From the human T2T-CHM13v2.0 reference genome, Homo sapiens: 64,000 nucleotides of DNA. A model generated the notes under the pieces. The model did not search any database. It was not told the origin of the DNA and worked only from the letters and a program-made list of their open reading frames with translations. Below are positions 54,415-64,000 of the stretch, one piece after another. Numbering within the stretch: the first letter of the stretch is position 1; each line of letters begins with the position of its first letter. Made by a program: the position numbers and the translations under genes. The DNA is taken from NCBI RefSeq assembly GCF_009914755.1, contig NC_060926.1; one strand, written 5' to 3'.

Positions 54415-54600
54415 TAAGACTTCTCAAACTTGAGTGTTTTTCAGAAGTACTTGGCTAGCTTATTAAAACACAGATTGTTTGGCTTCATCCTCAGAGATTT
54501 TGATTCATTAGGGCCTGAGTGGTGGGCCCCAAGGGTTTGCACTTGACATGGACCCAGATGTTGCAATGCTGGGTCTGAGTCTGGAATCACATAGAGAATG
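54415..54600. mobile_element. MER5A
   Basis: 'cttctcaaacttgagtg...cttattaaaacacagattg...tgattca'. Confidence 0.7.
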
Positions 54601-55113
54601 TTCACATTTATTACCCCAAATTCTCTGTCTTGGGTTGGGTTAGCCCTGCTGTTGTTGCTTCTGTTTGGTCTCTCTCAGTGCTGATGATTGAAAGAGGCAT
54701 CACTTCACCCAGTACAATGGGGTCTGATGGGGAGGGAGGAAACAATGTGAGAATTCTTCCCCAGCCTCAACTCTTAGCTGCTAGAGCTCTTTCTGCCATG
54801 CTGGCATTCTATAATCTTTCCAAGGGTTTTCACAGTTTTAATTTAGTAACTAGAACCCATCAAATTCCTTGTTTCTCTGTGGCATCTCCTTTAAGATAGA
54901 TTCCAGAGTAGAAAGCCACCAACCTATGTTGGTTCATCATCTTTTCAGAAATTTGAAGTCTAATGTGACTTAAAAAAATTCTTAAAAAAACTGTTGAATA
55001 ATATGATTTTCATATAGCTATATGCCAATTACTTTGATAACTTCTTGTGTTTAAGATTATCTTTCCTAACTAGCTATAACTATAGTAATGTAATGCAAGC
55101 CTATCTTGTCTAA

Positions 55114-55512
<399 letters not shown>

Positions 55513-57639
55513 GATTTTTTTTTTAATACAACATCTTGAATACCTTTTAGATTCTAATAGCTGTACAACTTAGAACACCTTTGGGTTTTCTATCTTCACG
55601 GTGTACTTATAGGACCCTATCTTGTTATTTAGGTTTTAAAGGGACTGTATTAACAGAAGAAAGATATGTGTCTCCAGAGCATGAATGATTTTGTCAAATC
55701 CAGAACAGGGTTTCAAACACTGAAAAATGTCAGATTATTTTCAAACACTAGAAAATAAATGATATGGAAAAACAATATATGACAATGAGGCAGATAAGTG
55801 TTCATTTCTGGTAATGAGGGCCCCTGGACCACTTATTTGGTAGGTTGGCCTAACATTTACATTTATGTCAATTCTTTGGACTATAAGGAAAGCATCTCTT
55901 ATGGGGATGACAATAGCAAGATACAGCGCTACAATGAAATCTAATTGTTATTCACTATTGCACTGGAATGTCAATGAGGGGATGCATTGTTCAAAAGCTG
56001 GCATTGGTAAAGTTATTAAATTGATTGGTTCATGAAGGAATATAGTACATTAGTGAGCTACTCAGCTGTGACCGAGAGTATGTATTAGAAAGCGTGCCTT
56101 CATAAGTTTCCAACATCATAAATCAAGGCAAGATTTAGTACACAACACTGGCAGGAAGCGGCAATCATATATTTTACAAGGCTCAGCTCAAGAAAGCTCA
56201 ACCTTCAGTCATATTTGGGTCAGTATTTTATATTTATAATTTGCTCCATACTATTGTCATGTTTATTATATTTGGTTCTTGTACAAGGAATTTATAATAT
56301 GAATATGATTAGAACTGAGCGACAAAAAGACAATCCCTGCAGATTTCTATTGAGTTTCCTCTATGCTTGGTAAATAAAGTGTATTTTTTTGACTTTTAAT
56401 TATATATGTTTAAAAAGTGATTGTAACCAATTTTGCATTCATTCCCACGTTGCTTCCATAAGTAATTATTCTAAGTTATTAGATATAAATCTAAATATTG
56501 TAAAACACCCTAAAGCTAGAGTGAAAAAGAAGGTTTTTTAATAAGAAGAACAGATATTTTTAAGCAGTAAAATTAGAATTTTATTTTCACATTTATACTA
56601 TTCTAGCCCGAATATCTGCTTCTTTTATCAAATCTTATCTGGTCTTTCTTATCTGAATGAATATCACTTCTCTGGATTTTATTACTTTGTTTTAAATGTT
56701 TTAGCACTCTTAACTAATTTCACCTCATATTAGAGTTTTACACATATCCACTTCCTCTACCTATTCTGTCTACCTATTGACAACAAAAAGCATATCTGGT
56801 TAATTAAAATACTTCCTTTTCTTTCCCCTAATACACTTACAGTCATTTACGAGTTTAATATATCTTGTGAATAAATTAATATTTATCTGATGTCAAATAT
56901 AAGAATTCATAAAACATCAAACAAATGTTTTGGCTTAACAATAATTATTACATAAGTACTATATTTTATAAATAGTAACTAATATAAGTAGTTTACACAT
57001 ATAATTTCGGTGCTAGAATTCAGTATATAATTTTATTAGTTACCAAACTAACATATTAAAATCTCATATTAAAATCTCAGAAGATACTTTTAGTGTTATA
57101 AAATAATCTAAGTAATTAATAAATGTGTATTGTGTATGATAAAGTTTCCATGCATAAGTTTACAAATACAAGTGCTTATATATAAATTATATTATTAATG
57201 ATACATATATGCAAATAAATTCTGGAAATACATTTACATAAAATGTATACACACGAAATCAACCTTCTTATATTCAACAATGCTTTCCCATGCAAACAAA
57301 TGTAAAAACACCTGTAAACATTCCTATATTGTTTCTCTGATAAAACATTAACATGTTAGATACAGTATGATGTGTTAGGATGTGCAGTAGCCACGTGGAT
57401 TGATAGTTGGGTTCTAGACTCAGCAACACCAAGAGCCACCACTCGTCATTTAGGAAATAGCCTAACTTCTCTGGTCTTTTCTAAGCTGCCTTGTAAAATG
57501 AGTGTATGAAACTTCGATCTCTAAAATATCTATGCCAAATAGAAAAATCTGGCCCTAAATATAGTCCTAAGGCTACCATATTTTTAGCAGTATTAAGAGC
57601 TCCTGGTGTCTGTCTGTGTATAGACATTAGTGTGAATAC

Positions 57640-57930
57640 AACATGTGTTGGGGAAGGGTGAGATGGAAAAAATACACACAAGATATACTCTATCAGGAGG
57701 AGGTAAAATTTGGCCAGTGTAGGTCTAGGTACACAGTAGTTGATGAGCAAACAGTTAGGACATGCCTAGAGTTCTTTAAATTTGCTAGTCAGCCACAGCC
57801 ATGTGAGGAGGAGTTGTCATTAAACAGAGAATTAAAGGATAGAAGAGCCAATTCTGTCCATTAGATATAGCCTTTCTGGCAAATGAAACAAAAACTGCAA
57901 GTGTGTAAGGCCAAACAGAGCTTGCTATTC
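57640..57930 (-). mobile_element. L2 fragment, with a MIR-like piece at ~57380-57530
   Basis: 'gaattaaaggatagaagagcc...ctggcaaatgaaacaaaaactgcaag'. Confidence 0.45.
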
Positions 57931-59028
57931 TCTTTTGAGGCTTTTTTTTTTTTCTGGATGTTGTTAATTTGTCCTATGTGTCTGTAAATCATTAGGAGAG
58001 AATGTGTCAGTACCCAGTAATCCAAAAATCTTTTGTAAATACCATTAAAATATTAAATAATATATGCTTTAAAATCCTTCAAAAGTTTAAAAAAATCTAA
58101 TTTTATTTTACATAATCAAATAATAGAATCAGAGAACTGAAGGGCATCTTTATAAATGTAGCCCAGTGGTTTTCAAATTCTGCGCTATAGAACCATTAGG
58201 CTCAGTTTAGCAATCCCATAAGGCACTTAGTTAAAATTACGTTAATAAAGTCTATCTTTTTTATTATTTTTGAAGTTGTAATTTTAAATGGGAACAACTT
58301 CAAATGTCCTATAAACCAAAGTATTAATTAACTGGATACCATTAATATAACTTCTGCTTCAAATCTGACTTTTTGTTTTCTGAGTCTGAGGACTATGGAA
58401 TAGTTTTTCTTGCTCTCACATGTGTATGTGTGTGTGTGCGTGTGTGTGTGTACATGAACATGTATGTCATGTGTACTAAATGATTATTTATTAAGGTTGT
58501 AACTCAGTATTGTTATTATTCTGAGCGAAGGTCTCCACGTGCCTACTCCCATTAACTTATAAAGATGAGTATCCTGTTACAGCATGTGCATGTCATATGT
58601 AATTGAATTTTATATAAAGTTAGGACACATATTTCTTGCTATGTGCTATAATTATGGTCAATAATAGATTGTTCAACAACAAGAAAATAAAAAATATTTT
58701 CTTAATGGTACCGTATTATGAATGTTCTAATTTTTAAAACTACTGATTATTTAATGTTTTGTTTGTTATTTATTATACTTTGATTCAAATTTTGAGTTTA
58801 TAATAAATACTGTGATTAGTTTTTGAAATTTTGAAGCAACAATTGCTTCAAATTTTTAGAATCATTTTGGTGAAAAGTTATGCTACATATAAAATTGCTT
58901 AAATTATTCACAGTTACTTATTTGCATGGGTCAAGACTTCTTGGAATTGTTCAACCAAAACAAAATGTAGAAATAAAATAATTCTGCCCCAGAAAAACCA
59001 ATGAGTTAAAGATGAGATTAAGAAGTCC

Positions 59029-59333
59029 TTTTTTTTTTTTTTTTTTTTTGATACAGAGTCTCACTCTGTAGCCCAGGCTGGAGGGCAGTGGTGCTATCTC
59101 GGCTCACTGCAAGCTCCGCCTCCCAGGTTCTTGCCATTCTCCTGCCTCAGCCTCCTGAGTAGCTGGGACTACAGGCGCCCGCCACCACCCCCGGCTAACT
59201 TTTTTTGTATTTTTTAGTAGAGACAGGGTTTCACCGTGTTAGCCAGGATGGTCTTGATCTCCTGACCTCATGATCCACCCACCTCGGCCTCCCAAAGTGC
59301 TGGGATTACAGGCATGAGCCACAGCGCCCGGCC
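59029..59333 (-). mobile_element. AluY
   Basis: Full dimer; imperfect TSD aagaag..c.ttttt. Confidence 0.95.
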
Positions 59334-59957
59334 AAGAAGGGCATTTTTTAAATAACTTAAGACAAATGAAAATGGAAACACCACAGACAAAAACTTATGG
59401 CATGGAGCAACAGCAATTCTAATAGGGAAGTTTTTAAGTAAGTAAATCAAAAAAGAAGAAAGATCCCAAATAAACAACCTAACATTACACCTCTAGGAAC
59501 TGGAAAAAAAAGAATAAACCAATCCCAGAGTCAGTAGAAGGAAGAAAATAATAAAGATAAGAGCAGTAATAAATGAAATGGAGACTAGAAAGACAAAGGA
59601 AAAGAACAATGAAACTAAGTGTTTGTTGTTTGAAAAGATAAACCAAGTTGATATACCTTTAGCCAGACTAAGAAAAAAATATAGAGAGAGAAAGGACTGA
59701 AATAAATAAAATTATAAGTGAGAAAGGAGATACTACAACTGAAACCACAGAAATACAAATAGCTATGAGAGACTACTGTGAACAAATATATGCCAACAAA
59801 TTTGATTACCCAGAAGAAATAGATATATTTCTGGAAATGTATAAACTACAAAGATCAAATCATGAAGAAATAGAAAATCTGAACAAACCCATAGCAAGGA
59901 GGTTGAATAAATAATAATCAAATGTCCATCAAAGAAAAGCCCCGAAACAAATGGCTT

Positions 59958-60439
59958 TGTTACAGGAATAGGGTTCCAATCCAGACCTCAAGAGAGGATT
60001 CTTGGACCTTGCATAAGAAAGAATTAAGAAAGTAAAGGAATAACAGAATGGCTAATCCATAGACAGAGAAGCCCCGAGGGCTGCTGGTTGCCCATTTTTA
60101 TGGTTATTTCTTGATGTATGCTAAACAAAGGGTGGATTATTATGCCTCCCCTTTTTAGACCATATAGGGTAACTTCCTGATGTGGCCATGCTTGTGGGAG
60201 TGTAGCAGTGAGGACCACCAGAGGTCACTCTTGTCACCATTTTGGTTTTGGCCGGCTCCTTTACTGCAACCTGTTTTATCAGCAAGGTCTTCATGGCCTG
60301 TATTTTGTGCTGACCTTTCCTATCTCATCCTGTGACTGAGAATGCCTTAACCGTCCGATAATGCAGCCCAGTGGGTTTCAGCCTCATTTTACCCAGTTCT
60401 GCTGAAGAAGGAGTTGCTCTGGTTCACAGGCCTCTGACA
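59958..60439 (-). mobile_element. MER41A-like solo LTR
   Basis: Ends 'gagttgctctggttcacaggcctctgaca'; 4-bp TSD gctt (59954-57 / 60440-43). Confidence 0.92.
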
Positions 60440-62934
60440 GCTTCACAGCCGAATTCTACCAAACATTTAAAAAGAAACTAATACTAATCCTCCTCAAACA
60501 CTTCCAAAATATTGAAGAAGAGTGACCATTTTCAAACTAATTTTACAAGGCTAGCATTAGCCTCCTATCGAAACTAAATAAGGACTCTATGAGAAAATAA
60601 TATTTCAGGCCAATAACCCTGATAAACATAGGTGCAAACGTCCTCAGCAAAATATAGCAAACCAAGTTTAACAGCACATTGAAGCAATTATTCACCATGA
60701 TCAAGTGAGATTTATGCTTGGGACGGAAAGATGGTTCAACACACAAAAATCTATGAATTTGATACATTGTGTTAATAGAATGAAGGACTAAGCTATATGA
60801 TCATTTCAATAGACACAGAAAAAGCATTTGACAACATTTAATATTTTATCATATTAAAAAACTCTCAACAAATTAGGTATGAAAAGAATGTACCTCAACA
60901 TGATAAAGGCCATATATGATAAGCCCACAGCTAACATCATCAAACTAAATGGTAAAAAGTTGAATGCATCCCTCTAAAATCAGGAAAAGACAAGGATGCC
61001 CACTCTCACCACTTTTATTCAACATAGTACTGGATGTCTTAGCTAGAGTAATAAGACAAGAAAAAGAACAAAAAACATTCAAAAAGGAAAATAAAGAGTA
61101 AAATTGTCTCAATCTGCTGATGGCATATTCCTATGCATAAAAAACCCTAAAGAAACCACCACAAAACCGTCAGAGCTAGTAAATTCAGTAAAGTTGCAGT
61201 ATACAAAAGCAACATGTAAAAATCAGTAACATTCCTTTATACTAACAACAAACTACCTGAAAACCAAATTAAGAAATCTATCCCATTTACAGTAGAATAA
61301 AGAATAAATTTAAAAAAAAAACATGTAGGAGTAAATTTAACTGAAGTGAAAAATATGTGTATTGAAACTTTTAAAACATTGATGAAAAACATTGAAGAAG
61401 AGACAAAGAAATGGAAAGATATCCCATGTTCATGGATTGAAAAAGTTTATATATTTTAAATATCCATCCTACCCAAAGTGATCTACACATTCAATGCAGT
61501 CTGTATGAAAATCAAAATGTCATTTTTCATGGAAAGAAAAAAGTGTCCTAAAATTTATTTGAAACCATAAAAGACCCCAAATGGTAAAAGCAATTGTAAG
61601 CAAAAAGAAGAATCCTGGAGGTATCATGCTACCTGACTTTAATACCTATTGCAAATTTATAGTAATTGAAACAGAATAATACTGGCATAAAAACAGACAC
61701 ATTGACAAATGGAACAGTATGGAGAGCCCAGAAATTAACCTGTGCATTTATGGTCTATTGATTTTTGGCAAAGATAACAAGAATATGCAATGGAGAAAAG
61801 ACAGTCTCTTCAATAACTGGTGTTTGGAAAGCTGGAGATGAAAATGAAGTTAGACCCTTTTCTCACACCATATAAAAAATATCAACTCAAAATGAACTAA
61901 AGACTTACATGTAAGACCTAAAACTCTAAAACTATTCAAAAAAAAAAAAAAAGAGAAAACTGCATGATATTGATCTGAGCAAAGGTTTCTTGGATATTAG
62001 CAAAAAAACACAGGCAACAAAATAAACAAATAAGAATACGTGAAAATAAAAAGCTTCTGCATGGCAAAGGAAATAATAGAGTGAAAAAACAACCCAGGAA
62101 TTGGGAGAAAATATTTGCAAACCACACATCTAATAAGGGGCTAATATCCTAAATATTTAAGGAGCTCAAACAACTCAATAACAAGAAAATAAATAACCCA
62201 TTGAAAAATGGGCAAGGGATCTGAACAGACATTTTCCAAGAGAAGACATATATATTTTGTAATATATATTTTGTAATATATTTTGTAATATATTACAAAA
62301 TTCTCAACATCTCTAATTAGCAGGGAAATGCAAATCAAAACCGCAATGAGATATCACCTCACATCTGTTAGAATGGCTATTATCAAAGTGACAACAGATA
62401 AGTGTTGAAGAGGAAATGGAAGAAGGGGAAACTTTGTTGTTGGTGGAAATGTAAACTAATACAATCATTATTTAAAACTCTATGGAAGTTCCTCAATAAA
62501 CTAAAAATAGAGCCACCATATGATCCAGCCATTTCACCTCTGGATATAGTTCCAAAGGAATGGAAATCAGTATGTTGAAGAAATGCCTACACTTAAGTGT
62601 TCATTGGTGCCTTGTTCACAATAGTCAAGATGTGGAACAGACCTAAGTGTACATCGAAGAATGAATGGATAAAGAAAATGTAGTGTACATATATCAATTA
62701 AAAATGTAGTGTACATATATCCTTAAAAAAGAAGGAAATTCTGCTATTTGCATCAATGCAGATGAACCTGGAGAAGATTATATTATGTGAAATAAGCCTG
62801 GCACAGGAAGACAAATATCACATAATGTCCCTTACATATGCAATCTAAAATGTCAAACTCATACAGGTAGAGAGAATGGTGGTTACCAAAGACCGGAGAA
62901 GGATTGGGAAAGGGGAGATGTAGATCAAAGGGTA

Positions 62935-63366
62935 TGTTAAAAGAAAAACTTCAGCCGAATTAAATTTAATGGGGTTTAATTGAGCAATGAACAGTTTGCA
63001 AGCTGGGCAGCCCCCAGAATCACAGCAGATTCAGAGAGACTCCAGGGGTGCCTCATGGTCAGAACAAATTTATAGACAAAAAAAAGAGACATGACCTACA
63101 GAAATCAGAAGTGAGGCACAGAAACAGCTGGATTGGTTACAGATTAGTGTTTGCCTTATTTGAACACAGTTTGAACACTCAGCAGTGTATGAGTGGTTGA
63201 AGTATGGCTGATGGGATTGGCCAAGACGCAGTATTGTTACAGGAACATACTCTTGAGTTAGGTTTTCAATCTTGTCTACCTATTAAGTTAGGTCATGGTT
63301 CAGCCACAAGGACTCAAATATAGACGTACCGAGTCCTTCTCAGGCCATATTTAGCTCACTTTAACG
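62935..63366 (-). mobile_element. MER57-family solo LTR
   Basis: Ends 'gagtccttctcaggccatatttag...tttaac'; 4-bp TSD ggta (62931-34 / 63367-70). Confidence 0.9.
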
Positions 63367-64000
63367 GGTACAAAGTTTCAGCTGGGCAGGAGGACTGCTT
63401 TTTAGTGATCTACTGCACAGAATGGTGAATAGAATTAATGCATTGCATCTTTTAAAATTGCTTAAAGATTAGATTTTAAACGTTTTCACCAAAAAAGTTG
63501 ATAAGCATGTGAGGTGATGGATATGTTAATTAGCTTGATTTAATCATTCTATAATGTAAGCATATATTGACACATCATATTGTACCCCCAAAATATTTAC
63601 AATTATTATTTGTAAATTTAAAAAATTAAATTGTTTTGATGGTATATTATTGATGGTGTCATACATTACTTTTGACTTTAAATATTGGTATATTAGAATA
63701 GCCTCACTGTTTAATTGAATGTTTTTATAATAAGCCAGTATAATAGATTTGATATTATGAGATGAATTTGAAGTTATACATGATTTTTCTGTTTTACAAA
63801 TTTGTGTTATATACAAGGTAGGCTTTTTACATTTTCCAGGGTTAAAAAAAGGGGGTAACTCATTGATGTAGATCACTCTATTATTTCTCCCAAGCTTGTT
63901 AGAGGTACAGCAAATGATTTTCAGATGGAGAATGAGATTCTCTCAGACTTTTACAAGCTAGTTGTTTTGATTGGTTGTTTGTTTGTTTGGTGGTTTTTTT

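Larger units (their letters stand above)
58990..63630 (+). mobile_element. 5'-truncated L1MA (about MA6-8), interrupted by AluY, MER41 and MER57
   Basis: Continuous decayed ORF2 and L1MA 3'UTR 'gtgaggtgatggatatgttaattagcttgattta'. Confidence 0.9.

Noticed and set aside
59958-60439. Interferon-inducible MER41 enhancer
   Set aside because: I did not see the tandem TTCCGGGAA GAS motifs of MER41B; this copy looks MER41A-like and internally deleted.

Overview
Primate, most likely human, genomic DNA that is AT-rich and dominated by interspersed repeats (L1, Alu, MaLR/ERV LTRs, Hsmar2, MER5/MER53/Tigger DNA transposons, L2, MIR). I found no credible cellular protein-coding exon: the long ORFs are L1 ORF2 fragments or Alu/microsatellite artefacts. 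The most interesting structure is a single TSD-flanked retro-insertion at 40882-42774 built from three RNAs: an L1PB 3' end, a 28S rRNA fragment in the same orientation, and a 5S rRNA copy (nt 1-92) in the opposite orientation. This fits L1 template switching plus twin priming on a second 60S-subunit RNA. Other notable structures are a twin-primed 5'-inverted L1PA (848-3486), a full-length old L1 carrying a Ya5-lineage Alu, an MST provirus with three nested solo LTRs, a possible local templated copy of a Tigger2 segment, and small repair-type scars. Family and subfamily calls come from remembered consensus sequences, not from a database search, and the boundaries of old elements are approximate.
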